Shown here piece after piece: positions 12,949 through 23,057 of a DNA stretch of 24,000 nucleotides. The stretch is from Syntrophomonadaceae bacterium (GTDB lineage Bacteria; Bacillota; DSM-12270; Thermacetogeniales; Thermacetogeniaceae). The stretch lies in NCBI GenBank assembly GCA_012840385.1, contig DULK01000096.1:6354-30353 (forward strand). The letters run 5' to 3'. The position numbers were made by a program, and so were the translations under genes. Within the stretch, counting starts at the first letter, position 1, and every line of letters begins with the position of its first letter. The notes beneath the pieces are model-generated. The model was not told where the DNA came from. It searched no databases and was given only the letters and a program-made list of their open reading frames with translations.

Positions 12949-15670
12949 CCTCAACACCTCCTCTGACTGAAGAAACCCGTGCTGGGGGTTGTTCATTTAG
13001 CGGTAGGGAAAATGTAAACACGCTCCCGCCCACGGCACGGGGTTCAACCCAGATTTTACCGCCATGAGCCTCAATAATCCCTTTGCAGATAGAAAGCCCC
13101 AGGCCGGTACCACTTACATGGCGGGGAGAATGCAGGCGGTAAAATTTATCAAAGACCCGCTCCTGATCGCCCTCGGGAATCCCGGCGCCCCGGTCGGCGA
13201 TAGCTACATGCAATTCTTTTTCATATTGGTGCACGGTAATTGCAATTTCACTCCCGGGCGGGGAATACTTAACGGCATTCTCCAGCAGGTTGACCAGAAC
13301 TTGTTCAATGAGGGTAAAATCTGCCTTGACCAGAGGCAGTTCAGAGGGAATATTAACCTGCAGGATACGATCCCGGAGGGTTTCCTGCAACTGGCGCAGC
13401 GCCACCCCAATAATATCTTCGACATCGCACCATTCCAGTTTTAACTGCAGCATACCACTTTCCAGCCGGGCCATGTCCAGTAAATTACCAACCAGCCGGT
13501 TCAGCCGCAGCGCGCCCTCTTTAACGGTCTGGAGGAGGGCCTGCCGGGCCTCCGGTTGATAGACGACCCCCTCCCCCTCTTCCAGGAGACCTGTAACCGC
13601 CGCTGTAATGGATGCCAGAGGTGTTCGCAGGTCATGGGAGATGGAATTGAACAAAGCTGTGCGCAGTTTTTCTGATGCCTCCAAGTAGCGGGCCTGCTGG
13701 GCCTCGGCCGCCAGTTGCAGGCGTAAGATAGCCAGAGCCGCGAGGCTAGCGAAGGCCTCCAGGAGTCGGCGCTGCTCCGGAGCCAGATAGCGTTCAGGAT
13801 GGCCCAGTTTTACTCCCAGGACACCCAGGTTATTTTCTTCCGTTTTCAGAGGCAGGTACAGGCCATCTGCTCCTGCCAGGGTATCGGTTCCCCTGCCGGC
13901 AAACTGTCCATGGTTAAAAACCCACCGGGCTACAGCTTGTTCATTGCTATCCAGCCATTTATCTGGTGGGGAGGGAGCTGTCGCCTGTACCACTAGCTTG
14001 CCTGTGGCATCAGGCATAAAGATTACGGCCTCGCCGTCAATAGTCCCGGCCACTGTTTCTACAACCGTCTTTAAAACTCCCTTGAGATCAGTCTCGGCCG
14101 TCAGTTTCCGGCTCAGGGCATAGAGTGCAGCCGTCCTTGTTTCCCGGCGCCGGGCATTTTCAGCTTGAGTTTTAAGGTGGGTAGCCATGGTACCGGTAAT
14201 AATGGCAACTACCAGAAAGACTCCGAAACTAAGCAGGTAGCGCAGATCGAAAACTGTAAAGCTCAGGACTGGCGGCACAAAGAAAAAGTCAAAGGCCAGA
14301 ACACCCAGCACTGATGCAAAGATCGAAGGTCCCCGGCCCCATTTGACGGCACTAAAAAGTACCGGCAGTAAGTAAAGTAGAGCGATATTAGTTAAACCGA
14401 AGAGCGGTTGTAAAATTTTACTCAAGATGGTTACAAGCATGACGGCCACCAGTACCCCGGCGTAGGGCCAAAAAGAGACCTCCGTGCGGTAACTCCTCTC
14501 GGGTAACCGGTGGCTCTCCCTGGGTCTGGCTTTGCCTGGTATGATATGCACGCCTATACCATGGCTACCACGGATAATTTTGTCTACCAGCGAACCATGC
14601 CACAGTTCCTGCCAGCGGGGGTGTAAAGGTTTACCGATGATAATCTGGGTGACGTTTTTACGTTTGGCCAGAGCGAGCAATTCTTCGGCAGCATCGTTGC
14701 CGGTCAAAGTAATTACTTCAGCGCCGAGTTCTTCTGCCAGATGTAAATTACGGGCTAGCTGGTCCCGCCTGGCTTCATCAACTGGGAGACTGTCTGGTGT
14801 TTCCACATAGGCGGCCAGCCAGTCTGCTTTGAGGCCGGCAGCCATGCGCCTGGCCGTACGGATCACCTGGGCTGAAAAGGGGCTGGGGCTGACGCAGGCC
14901 ATAACCCTTTCACCAGCCGGCCAGGGGCCAGCAATACCGTGGACGCGCATATAGCGACCCAATTGCCCTTCCACCCGCCTGGCCGTGTACCGCAGGGCCA
15001 GTTCTCGGAGGGCATTAATATTCCCCGGACGGAAAAACTTTTGTAAAGCCAGTTCGGCCTGGGGCGGTATGTAGACTTTACCCTCTTTGAGACGCTCAAT
15101 TAATTCTTCCGGCGGGATGTCGATGAGCTGGACCTGGTCAGCCTCTTCCAGGAGCCGGTCGGGGACGGTTTCCTGCACCCGGATGCCGGTAATCTGGGCA
15201 ACTATATCGTTCAGGCTCTCAATATGCTGGATGTTTAGGGTTGTATAGATGTTGATTCCTGCAGCTAGCAATTCTTCTACATCCTGGTAGCGCCGGGCGT
15301 GGCGGGAACCGGGAATATTGGTATGAGCCAGTTCATCCACCAATGCCAGTTGGGGCCGGCGTTTTAAAAGGGCATCAATGTCCATTTCCAGGAAAACTTT
15401 GTTCCGGTAGACCAGTTGCCGGGGCGGTATGGCCGGCAGGCCTTTTACGAGGGCTTCAGTTTCCCGGCGGCCGTGAGTTTCCACCCAGCCGATGACCACA
15501 TCAATACCATCGGCCAGACGCTCATGGGCAGCTTCCAGCATAGCATAAGTCTTGCCAACACCGGCGGCGGCTCCCAGGAAAATGGTCAGGCGGCCGCGTT
15601 GTCCAGCTTTTAATTCTGCCAGCAGGTCATCGGGATCGGGGCGTTGTATTTCCTTCTCCACCCGGATCAC
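12938..15670 (-). CDS. kdpD: KdpD sensor histidine kinase (full-length: KdpD N-terminal P-loop domain, USP-like region, 4 TM segments, GAF-like region, HisKA, HATPase)
   Basis: The N-terminal region reads GAAAGVGKTYAML...LVDELAHTN. The H-box is ALFNSISHDLRTPL. The N and G boxes are LLENAVKYSP and GTGLGLSICKGI. An alternative GTG start lies at 15661. Confidence 0.92.
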   Translation of the reverse strand: MIRVEKEIQRPDPDDLLAELKAGQRGRLTIFLGAAAGVGKTYAMLEAAHERLADGIDVVIGWVETHGRRETEALVKGLPAIPPRQLVYRNKVFLEMDIDALLKRRPQLALVDELAHTNIPGSRHARRYQDVEELLAAGINIYTTLNIQHIESLNDIVAQITGIRVQETVPDRLLEEADQVQLIDIPPEELIERLKEGKVYIPPQAELALQKFFRPGNINALRELALRYTARRVEGQLGRYMRVHGIAGPWPAGERVMACVSPSPFSAQVIRTARRMAAGLKADWLAAYVETPDSLPVDEARRDQLARNLHLAEELGAEVITLTGNDAAEELLALAKRKNVTQIIIGKPLHPRWQELWHGSLVDKIIRGSHGIGVHIIPGKARPRESHRLPERSYRTEVSFWPYAGVLVAVMLVTILSKILQPLFGLTNIALLYLLPVLFSAVKWGRGPSIFASVLGVLAFDFFFVPPVLSFTVFDLRYLLSFGVFLVVAIITGTMATHLKTQAENARRRETRTAALYALSRKLTAETDLKGVLKTVVETVAGTIDGEAVIFMPDATGKLVVQATAPSPPDKWLDSNEQAVARWVFNHGQFAGRGTDTLAGADGLYLPLKTEENNLGVLGVKLGHPERYLAPEQRRLLEAFASLAALAILRLQLAAEAQQARYLEASEKLRTALFNSISHDLRTPLASITAAVTGLLEEGEGVVYQPEARQALLQTVKEGALRLNRLVGNLLDMARLESGMLQLKLEWCDVEDIIGVALRQLQETLRDRILQVNIPSELPLVKADFTLIEQVLVNLLENAVKYSPPGSEIAITVHQYEKELHVAIADRGAGIPEGDQERVFDKFYRLHSPRHVSGTGLGLSICKGIIEAHGGKIWVEPRAVGGSVFTFSLPLNEQPPARVSSVRGGVEGDS

Positions 15671-15677
15671 CTCTTTT

Positions 15678-16265
15678 TTACCTTGCTGAATGGGACAGTT
15701 GATCTAGCTCCAGGTCTAATTTTAATACATTTACCCGGGGTTCGCCCAAAATACCGAACTGCCGCCCGATAATATTCCTATCAACCAGGGCCCGGACCGT
15801 TTCCTCCGGAAGGTTCCTGGCCCGGGCAACCCGGGGTACCTGTAAGTAGGCCGCTGCCGGGCTGATGTCCGGGTCCAGGCCGCTGGCCGAGGTTGTCACC
15901 AGGTCGGCCGGCACAGGAGTACCGTCAGGCAAACCATTTTCAGCCTGCACCCGGGCAAGGCGCTGGGCTATAGTTGCTACCAGTTCTTTATTAGTCGGGC
16001 CCAGGTTAGAACCCCCGGAAGAGGTGGCGTCGTAACCATCCTTGCCCGCCGCGGAAGGCCGGCCGTGAAAATAACGCGGGCTAGTGAATCTCTGACCGAT
16101 TAAGGCCGAACCTACCGTCTGTCCCTGCCGGTAAATGAGCGAGCCGTTCGCCTGGTAGGGGAATAGCACCCGGGCCAGGCCGGTTATGGTTAGGGGATAG
16201 ATGATCCCCGTCAGGCCTGTCATCACTATCAGCATAACAACACCTGTCAGGACTCTTCTGGTCAT
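15678..16265 (-). CDS. kdpC: potassium-transporting ATPase subunit KdpC
   Basis: The protein has an N-terminal TM helix, then [10 protein letters not shown]...[16 protein letters not shown]...[10 protein letters not shown]...[10 protein letters not shown], typical of KdpC. The ATG at 16265 follows RBS GGAAGGAG by 5 nt. The ORF-track start at 16280 lies inside that RBS. Confidence 0.9.
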   Translation of the reverse strand: MTRRVLTGVVMLIVMTGLTGIIYPLTITGLARVLFPYQANGSLIYRQGQTVGSALIGQRFTSPRYFHGRPSAAGKDGYDATSSGGSNLGPTNKELVATIAQRLARVQAENGLPDGTPVPADLVTTSASGLDPDISPAAAYLQVPRVARARNLPEETVRALVDRNIIGRQFGILGEPRVNVLKLDLELDQLSHSAR

Positions 16266-16297
16266 GGCTACTCCTTCCATTTCTAGATTTATATTTA

Positions 16298-18361
16298 TTA
16301 AACGAGATGCAGGGCCACAAGAAGCAGGTCAATTAACTTAATACCAATAAAGGGCACGATCAATCCACCCAGGCCGTAAATCAGGATATTGCGGCGGAGG
16401 GTTACGTTGGCTCCCAGGGGCCGGTAAGTAACTCCGCGCAGGGCCAGGGGCACCAGTGCGATGATAATCAGGGCATTGAAGATCACAGCTGCGAGGATGG
16501 CGCTCTGGGGCGTGGCCAGGCCCATGATATTCAGGGCTTTAAGTTCCGGGTAGTTGGCGGCAAACAGGGCCGGGATAATGGCAAAGTATTTGGCTACGTC
16601 ATTGGCGATGCTGAAGGTCGTCAGAGCCCCCCGCGTCATTAACAACTGCTTGCCGATTTCCACCACTTCGATGAGCTTGGTGGGGTTGCTGTCCAGGTCA
16701 ACCATGTTGCCGGCTTCTTTCGCCGCCTGGGTACCGCTGTTCATGGCCACACCAACATCGGCCTGGGCCAAGGCAGGGGCGTCGTTGGTGCCATCACCGG
16801 TCATGGCTACCAGGTGCCCTTTAGCCTGGTAGTCGCGGATGAGCTTTAGCTTGGTTTCCGGGGTGGCTTCAGCCAGGAAATCATCAACTCCGGCTTCAGC
16901 TGCGATAGCTGCCGCGGTGAGGGGGTTGTCACCGGTAATCATCACCGTTTTGATTCCCATACGGCGCAGTTCGGCAAAACGCTCTTTGATACCACCTTTT
17001 ATCACGTCTTTCAAATAGATGACCCCCAGGACCCTGGCACCTTCAGCAACCACCAGGGGGGTACCGCCTTCTCTGGCTACCTTTTCTACCGCAGCTTTGA
17101 CTTCTGACGGCAGGAAACCGCCGCGTTCCCGGACATATGCCTCAATAGCATCGGCAGCGCCTTTACGAATCTCCCTTCCCTCAAGGTCGACGCCGCTCAT
17201 GCGGGTATGAGCGCTAAAGGGTACAAAGGATGCCTTTAAGCTACCCAAATCCCGTTCTCGCAGATGGAACCTGTTTTTTGCCAGGACCACAATGCTGCGC
17301 CCCTCCGGCGTCTCGTCGGCCAGGGAAGCGAGTTGGGCGGCGTCGGCCAGGTATGCTTCTGTAACTCCCGGTGCCGGGATGAAGGCCGTCGCCATGCGGT
17401 TGCCCAGGGTAATTGTCCCGGTTTTATCAAGGAGCAAGATATCAACATCGCCGGCTGCTTCCACGGCCCTGCCGGACATGGCCAGGATATTGCGCTTAAG
17501 CAAGCGGTCCATACCGGCGATGCCAATAGCGCTTAAAAGGCCGCCAATGGTGGTCGGGATCAGGCACACCAGCAGGGCAATTAAAACAGGTACGGGGACC
17601 TGGGTGCCTGAGTGCAGGGCAAAGGGTTCCAGCGTAGCTACTGCCAGCAGGAAGACTATGGTCAAACCAACCAGCAGGATGGTCAAGGCGATTTCATTAG
17701 GCGTCTTTTGCCGCCTCGCACCTTCCACCAGTCTGATCATGCGATCGAGGAAAGTTTCTCCTGGATTGGCCGTTATCCGTACTTTGATCCAGTCAGACAG
17801 GACCCGGGTGCCCCCAGTGACAGCGCTTCGGTCACCGCCCGACTCCCTGATCACCGGTGCTGACTCGCCGGTTATCGCACTCTCATCTACGGAAGCTATA
17901 CCTTCTATTACCTCCCCGTCGCCGGGGATAACATCACCGGCTTCTACCAGGACAATGTCATCCTTACGGAGTTGGGAAGCCGATACCTGTTGTACCTGGC
18001 CGTTAACCAGTTTTTTGGCCATGGTCTCGCTGCGGGTACGGCGTAGGGATGCGGCCTGGGCCTTGCCTCGCCCTTCTGCCAGGGCTTCGGCAAAGTTGGC
18101 AAAAAGGACGGTTATCCACAGCCAGACAGTCAGCTGGATATTTAAGGCGAGCATGGTGCACATGCCGGTAGCTAAATCCCGCAGGGTGAAAAAGGTTGTC
18201 AGCAGGGCGCCAATTTCGACGACGAACATTACCGGGTTGCGCAACTGGCTCCGGGGGTCGAGCTTACGAAAGGCGTCTTTAATGGCCGGGACGAGGAGTG
18301 CCCGGTTGAAGCTATTACTGGATCCGGTCAGCCTGTTTGAGATATTGCCTTCTCTGGGCAT
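16298..18361 (-). CDS. kdpB: potassium-transporting P-type ATPase subunit KdpB
   Basis: The phosphorylation motif DKTGTIT is present, along with [10 protein letters not shown] and [27 protein letters not shown] lies 8 nt upstream. Confidence 0.95.
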   Translation of the reverse strand: MPREGNISNRLTGSSNSFNRALLVPAIKDAFRKLDPRSQLRNPVMFVVEIGALLTTFFTLRDLATGMCTMLALNIQLTVWLWITVLFANFAEALAEGRGKAQAASLRRTRSETMAKKLVNGQVQQVSASQLRKDDIVLVEAGDVIPGDGEVIEGIASVDESAITGESAPVIRESGGDRSAVTGGTRVLSDWIKVRITANPGETFLDRMIRLVEGARRQKTPNEIALTILLVGLTIVFLLAVATLEPFALHSGTQVPVPVLIALLVCLIPTTIGGLLSAIGIAGMDRLLKRNILAMSGRAVEAAGDVDILLLDKTGTITLGNRMATAFIPAPGVTEAYLADAAQLASLADETPEGRSIVVLAKNRFHLRERDLGSLKASFVPFSAHTRMSGVDLEGREIRKGAADAIEAYVRERGGFLPSEVKAAVEKVAREGGTPLVVAEGARVLGVIYLKDVIKGGIKERFAELRRMGIKTVMITGDNPLTAAAIAAEAGVDDFLAEATPETKLKLIRDYQAKGHLVAMTGDGTNDAPALAQADVGVAMNSGTQAAKEAGNMVDLDSNPTKLIEVVEIGKQLLMTRGALTTFSIANDVAKYFAIIPALFAANYPELKALNIMGLATPQSAILAAVIFNALIIIALVPLALRGVTYRPLGANVTLRRNILIYGLGGLIVPFIGIKLIDLLLVALHLV

Positions 18362-18379
18362 ATAGCTTTCCTCCTGACT

Positions 18380-20086
18380 TTAAAAAGTTTTACCGGCCAG
18401 CATTAATAGTTGTTCCACCAGGGGTCCCAGGGCCAGGGCCGGAAAGAAGGTTAGAGCGCCGACGATAAGTACTACCGCAGCCAGTAAGCCTGTGAACAGC
18501 AAGCTAGTGGTCTGAAAGGTACCCGGACCCGGGGGTACCACCTTTTTACCAGCCGTGCTCCCAGCGATGGACAGGACTGGCAGGATGACGCCAAAACGAC
18601 CAATGAGCATAGCTAGGCCAAGGGCTATATTATAAAAGGGAGTATTGGCGTTTAAGCCGGCAAAAGCGCTGCCGTTATTGCCCGCTCCTGAGGCAAAGGC
18701 ATAGAGTATTTCACTCAAACCGTGGGGACCGGGATTTAAGATGGAGGACGTACCGGTTTTAGTCACTGCTGCCAGAGCACTGCCCAATAATATCGTCGCT
18801 GCCGGGATAAGTACTGCCAGGATAGCCATTTTCACTTCCCAGGCTTCGATTTTCTTGCCTAGGTATTCTGGTGTCCGGCCCACCATCAGGCCGATGATAA
18901 ATACCGTGATAATGACGAAGACCAGCATCCCGTACAGGCCGCTTCCTACGCCGCCGAATACCACCTCTCCCAGCATCATCTGGAGCATCGGGATCAAACC
19001 ACCCAATGGTGTGAGGCTGTCGTGCATGGTGTTAACAGCACCGCAAGAAGCGGCGGTAGTTATGGTAGCGAAGAGGGAAGAGTTGACAATCCCAAACCGG
19101 ACCTCCTTTCCTTCCATGGCCGTAGGGCCGCGCATGCCCAGGGCGCCAAGCTTGGGATTGCCATAATGCTCGCTGGCGTAAACCACTCCTAAAGCGAAGA
19201 CAAAAAGGAGCAACATGGCGGCCAGGATCACCAGACCCTGGCGGCGGTTGCCAACCATCTGGCCAAAGGTAATAGTTAATCCCGCCGGGATGATCAGGAT
19301 GGTCAGCATCTCCAGCAAGTTGGTCAAGGGGGTGGGGTTTTCAAAGGGGTGAGATGAGTTGGCGTTAAAGAAACCGCCGCCGTTAGTACCCAGGAGTTTA
19401 ATCGCCTCCTGGGAGGCAACCGGTCCCATGGCCAGGGTCTGCCGATCCCCCTCCAGGGTAGTTATGGTCAGGTAGGGGTTTAAATTCTGGATAGCTCCCT
19501 GGGACACCAGGATCAGGGCCAGCACCAAGGAAAGGGGTAATAACACCCATAGGATACTCCGGGTTAGATCGACCCAGAAGTTGCCAATGGTCCTAGCCGA
19601 CCGCCGGGCGAGGCCCCGGGTCAGGGCGATGGCCACCGTCATACCGGTAGCGGCGGAAAGGAAGTTCTGCACCGTCAGGACGGTCATCTGGGTAAAGTAG
19701 CTCATGGTGCTTTCGCCGCCGTAAGCCTGCCAGTTGGTATTGGTCATAAAGCTGGCAGCAGTGTTGAAGGCCAGATCCGGGGGCACGGCGCCAAAGTGTT
19801 GGGGATTAAAGGGGAGTATTCCTTGGATGCGCTGAATCAGGTAAACAGCAGCCATCCCCAGGATGTTAAAGACCACGAGCATCAAGGCGTACTCGCGCCA
19901 GTTCATCTCCCGCCCGGCATCAACCCCTGTCAGGCGGTAGATCAGCCGTTCCAGGGGTCTAAAGATGGGGTCTAAAAAAGTGCTTTCGCCGTTGAAAACG
20001 CGGGCCATATAAAACCCCAGAGGTATGGCTAAAAGGATAAGGAGCAGTAGGTAAAAAGCCATTTGCAGGATATCCATACTGATCAT
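18380..20086 (-). CDS. kdpA: potassium-transporting ATPase subunit KdpA (K+ channel-like subunit)
   Basis: The 568-aa polytopic membrane protein carries typical KdpA segments ([32 protein letters not shown]). Its start overlaps the kdpF stop (TAATG). Confidence 0.95.
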   Translation of the reverse strand: MISMDILQMAFYLLLLILLAIPLGFYMARVFNGESTFLDPIFRPLERLIYRLTGVDAGREMNWREYALMLVVFNILGMAAVYLIQRIQGILPFNPQHFGAVPPDLAFNTAASFMTNTNWQAYGGESTMSYFTQMTVLTVQNFLSAATGMTVAIALTRGLARRSARTIGNFWVDLTRSILWVLLPLSLVLALILVSQGAIQNLNPYLTITTLEGDRQTLAMGPVASQEAIKLLGTNGGGFFNANSSHPFENPTPLTNLLEMLTILIIPAGLTITFGQMVGNRRQGLVILAAMLLLFVFALGVVYASEHYGNPKLGALGMRGPTAMEGKEVRFGIVNSSLFATITTAASCGAVNTMHDSLTPLGGLIPMLQMMLGEVVFGGVGSGLYGMLVFVIITVFIIGLMVGRTPEYLGKKIEAWEVKMAILAVLIPAATILLGSALAAVTKTGTSSILNPGPHGLSEILYAFASGAGNNGSAFAGLNANTPFYNIALGLAMLIGRFGVILPVLSIAGSTAGKKVVPPGPGTFQTTSLLFTGLLAAVVLIVGALTFFPALALGPLVEQLLMLAGKTF

Positions 20087-20172
20087 TAGAGTTCCTCCGT
20101 TTTCATTAAGGCGTAAACCAGGTAAACGAGTAAAACCAAGGTAACCATACCACCCAGGACAAGATCAAACAT
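20086..20172 (-). CDS. kdpF: KdpF, 28-aa membrane peptide (below the 60-aa ORF-track cutoff)
   Basis: My translation of the minus strand gives [28 protein letters not shown]. This is a single hydrophobic helix with the KdpF-like YLxYAL tail. A G-rich RBS (GGGGG) lies upstream. The stop overlaps the kdpA ATG. Confidence 0.7.
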   Translation of the reverse strand: MFDLVLGGMVTLVLLVYLVYALMKTEEL

Positions 20173-20274
20173 TGTTCCAACCCCCTGCTGGTTAAGTTTT
20201 GGTCCGGTGTCTGTTAACAGGCTTATTTTAACTCCTTTTACTATCAATTAGAGATTAAAAAAAACTTACCGGAA

Positions 20275-20290
20275 GTAAAAAAAATATAAA
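20275..20290 (-). promoter_or_regulatory. candidate KdpE-binding box in the kdpFABC promoter
   Basis: The minus strand reads TTTATATTTTTTTTAC. The E. coli kdpFABC KdpE site, as I recall it, is TTTATACTTTTTTTAC(A), so 15 of 16 compared positions agree. The box lies ~105-120 nt upstream of the kdpF ATG. A possible -10 (TAAAAT) is at 20230-20225. Confidence 0.5.
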
Positions 20291-20353
20291 GGGATGGGGT
20301 AGCGGCGACAGGCGATGATGACATAGCCATAGGCCTGTCGGTGATTACAGGTT

Positions 20354-20580
20354 TTATGCATCCAGTATCTCATACATAAACGGCTTGACATTGCCGATCT
20401 GCTGCACCACCTGACCATTGACGGTCAGGGTGACGATGGCCGGCATGCGGAACATAAAAAGCGCCTGCTTGGCCGATTTAGCGAGCCCTTCCTGCTGGCA
20501 GACATACTCGACCGGGGCGTAGAAGGGGGTACAGGGTCAGGGCAATGTACGCCGGTGAAAAGGAAGAAGATATCTCCATA
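20354..20580 (-). pseudogene. thioredoxin-fold protein remnant (frameshifted, no usable start codon)
   Basis: One minus frame reads ..DIFFLFTGVHCPD. Shifting frame at ~20535-20540 continues as (C)TPFYAPVEYV...FRMPAIVTLTVNGQVVQQIG...ILDA*. Together these reconstruct an HCPDC (CXXC) motif and the cis-Pro/beta-strand region of a small thioredoxin-like protein. No in-frame ATG/GTG/TTG start was found. Confidence 0.3.
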
Positions 20581-20821
20581 TGCGGCAGTGGTCGTGGAAT
20601 CTCTTTCTCATCGGGCCTGCCCAGTATTATTGCGGTTATTGTCTTATACTCAGGTTGGAATAGCGGGTTGCTAGAATTGAAACGAAGTTTGGAGATGTTG
20701 CAAAAGATCTATATAATACAACAGGCAATGAATCTTAACGCCGTCATGTCTTCTAAGTAAAAGGGCAGAATGGAAACCACCACGTTTCTTTCATGGAATC
20801 ATCAAAAGGTAGGATGTATTA

Positions 20822-22729
20822 TTATGACCGACTCTGTTTTTCCTTGTTCTTTTCCTCATGCCACTTTCTTTTTAATGCCGGCATGTCTTCAAGGTAAAAC
20901 GGGAGCACTGAAACCACCACATTCCTCTTATGAAAGAGTGCATTGGCGATAAAGATGCTGGTATTGTTGTGAAGGGCCATCTGCCACCATTTGGGCACGA
21001 AAAACTGTGGAAGTAGAACCGTGATCACATCGCCGGGTTGCGAGGCGTGTTCCTCTGAGTCGATGTAGTTGATGAGCGGCCCCACAACCTCCCGGTAAGG
21101 TGATTGCTTAATAATTAGGGGAATGTCCGTGTTGAGCAGCGCCCACTTTCTCCTCAATTTGTCCGCTTCACCCTCCCGCGTTTCCACATGAAATGCCTCC
21201 ACATTTGGTGTAAGGCTTTTAGCGTATCGCAGGGCCTTGACCACCATGGCGTTCAAACTGTCGATCGGAACGATCACGAAATGGGAGTAGTGGGGGTTGA
21301 AATTCAAGTAAGGCAGGGTTTCGTTGGGAATATTCAATTGTTCCGCTACCGAATCGTAGTGCCTCCTTATTTTCAACATAATTAAAACCACTGTTGGAAC
21401 AACCAAAACGACAATCCAGGCTCCTTCGGGGAATTTTGTGACCGCGATGATGCCTACAGTAATTGAAGTAATAAAGGCACCCAAACCGTTGATGACCGCT
21501 CTATGCAGCCAGCCTTTCTCCTTGAGGCGGAGCCAGTGTACGAACATTCCGGTTTGTGAAAGGGTGAAAGATGTAAAAACACCCACGGCATACAAGGGTA
21601 TCAGCAGGTGAGTATCACCTTTGAACACAATAACCAGAATAATTGCTAAGGTACTCAGGGTTAATATTCCGTTAGAAAAGTTTAACCGGTGCCCCCGTAA
21701 GGCCAGCTGTCTGGGAGCGTACCCATCCTGGGCGATCAGCGAAAGGAGTATGGGAAAATCGGCAAAGGCGGTATTTGCAGCCATTGCCAAAATGATTGTG
21801 GTGGTCACCTGAATCAGGTAAAACATAGGACCTTTTCCGAAAACGTCAGTGGCAATCTGGGCTATTACCGTTTGATGAGGGTTGGGGACGGCATGATAGA
21901 TATTTGCCAGGTAGGCCACCCCCCCGAATGTCACGAATACCGCGGAAGCCAGTAGCAGGTAAGCGATCTTGGCATTTCGCTGAGATGGTGGTTTAAAATT
22001 TGGTATCCCATTGCTGATCGCTTCTACTCCTGTCACGGCAGCACAACCGGAAGAAAATGCCCTCAATAAAAGGAAAAGCGTTACAGCCTGGGTTCCGAAA
22101 GCCACGTGGGATTGTGAGGGGGTTGGTATGTCCCGGTAATCTCCATATGTATGCTTGATAAACCCGGCGATGATCAGGGCGATGATAGAGAAGATAAATG
22201 CATAGGTCGGTATTCCAAACATCCTCGATGAATCCCTGATACCCCTCAGATTCCCCACGGTCAGCAGTATAATGATGGCTACCGAGATGATTACGCGATA
22301 GGGGAAGAGAAACGGGAAGGCGGAGGTAATGGCCGCAGTTCCGGATGTGATGCTGACGGCGACTGTCAGTGTGTAATCAACTGCAAGGGAAGCTCCGGCA
22401 ATCAAGCCGAAGAGATTGCTTAAATTCGACTTGGCAACGATGTATGCTCCTCCACCGCTCGGGTATGCATCGACCGTTTGACGATAGGAGAATGTAAGGA
22501 TAAACAGCAGCAAGATGATAGCTCCGGCGATCTTCAACATCCACGAATAGGATGCCATGCCAATTACCGGTATCAGTATCCAAAGAATTTCTTCTACAGC
22601 GTAGGCGACCGACGAGATGGCGTCGCTTGAAAGGATGGCCATCCCCCAGAAGACATTGAATTTCTGCTCGGCGAGCTGGCTTGTCTTCAATCTCTCCCCA
22701 AGCACCCACCGTAATACCTGTCTAAACAA
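20822..22729 (-). CDS. kimA: KimA-type K+ transporter (APC-superfamily permease with C-terminal cytoplasmic domain)
   Basis: The 635-aa protein is collinear with my recollection of B. subtilis KimA (YdaO). Matching segments are AILSSDAISSVAYAVEEIL, YPSGGGAYIVAK, SLAVDYTLTVAVSI, LLLRAFSSGCAAVTGVEAISNGIP, HLIPLYAVGVFTSFTLSQTGM and VLLPQFF..WWQMALHN. The start is TTG at 22729, and the N-terminal length matches KimA. Confidence 0.85.
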   Translation of the reverse strand: MFRQVLRWVLGERLKTSQLAEQKFNVFWGMAILSSDAISSVAYAVEEILWILIPVIGMASYSWMLKIAGAIILLLFILTFSYRQTVDAYPSGGGAYIVAKSNLSNLFGLIAGASLAVDYTLTVAVSITSGTAAITSAFPFLFPYRVIISVAIIILLTVGNLRGIRDSSRMFGIPTYAFIFSIIALIIAGFIKHTYGDYRDIPTPSQSHVAFGTQAVTLFLLLRAFSSGCAAVTGVEAISNGIPNFKPPSQRNAKIAYLLLASAVFVTFGGVAYLANIYHAVPNPHQTVIAQIATDVFGKGPMFYLIQVTTTIILAMAANTAFADFPILLSLIAQDGYAPRQLALRGHRLNFSNGILTLSTLAIILVIVFKGDTHLLIPLYAVGVFTSFTLSQTGMFVHWLRLKEKGWLHRAVINGLGAFITSITVGIIAVTKFPEGAWIVVLVVPTVVLIMLKIRRHYDSVAEQLNIPNETLPYLNFNPHYSHFVIVPIDSLNAMVVKALRYAKSLTPNVEAFHVETREGEADKLRRKWALLNTDIPLIIKQSPYREVVGPLINYIDSEEHASQPGDVITVLLPQFFVPKWWQMALHNNTSIFIANALFHKRNVVVSVLPFYLEDMPALKRKWHEEKNKEKQSRS

Positions 22730-22738
22730 TTTCCGTCG

Positions 22739-22818
22739 CTGCCTCCTTCACTTATATTAGGATTTCTCCAAGAGCTAATATTTAATAACTTATATTTTCT
22801 TCTTTCATAGGGAGGCAG
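22739..22818 (-). promoter_or_regulatory. potential SD-sequestering helix in the kimA-like leader
   Basis: On the minus strand, CTGCCTCC (within 22810-22818) is perfectly complementary to GGAGGCAG (22739-22746). The latter contains the only GGAGG upstream of the TTG start. The 8 bp are separated by a ~63-nt AT-rich loop. Confidence 0.35.
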
Positions 22819-23057
22819 TTGTTAATATTTTGAAGACTCTTCTTAAACCTGTATGGTTTGTGAGATCTTTTGTCATCCAAAGCCGGTTTGCTTTAAGTTA
22901 ATATTTTCACGGTACGGATTGAGAGGAGCACAAACCGCGGGAATGGCGGGTATTCTCCCAGCTGGATCGAATTAAATTTTTCCAAATTCCCTGTATAAGC
23001 AGAAAACCCCTTCCGTATAATAACATATCATGTATTGAACACCATGTAGAGGAAGGG

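Noticed and set aside
20173-20340. c-di-AMP (ydaO-type) riboswitch upstream of kdpF
   Set aside because: The leader is short and AT-rich, and I could not find the conserved G-rich or ACCCGA-type elements. A KdpE-box plus weak-promoter architecture explains the region better. A cmsearch run would settle it.
20545-20952. Plus-strand ORFs 20545-20760 (71 aa) and 20770-20952 (60 aa)
   Set aside because: Neither has an RBS. The second overlaps the kimA-like 3' end in antisense. The first overlaps the thioredoxin-fold remnant region. Neither has a recognisable motif.
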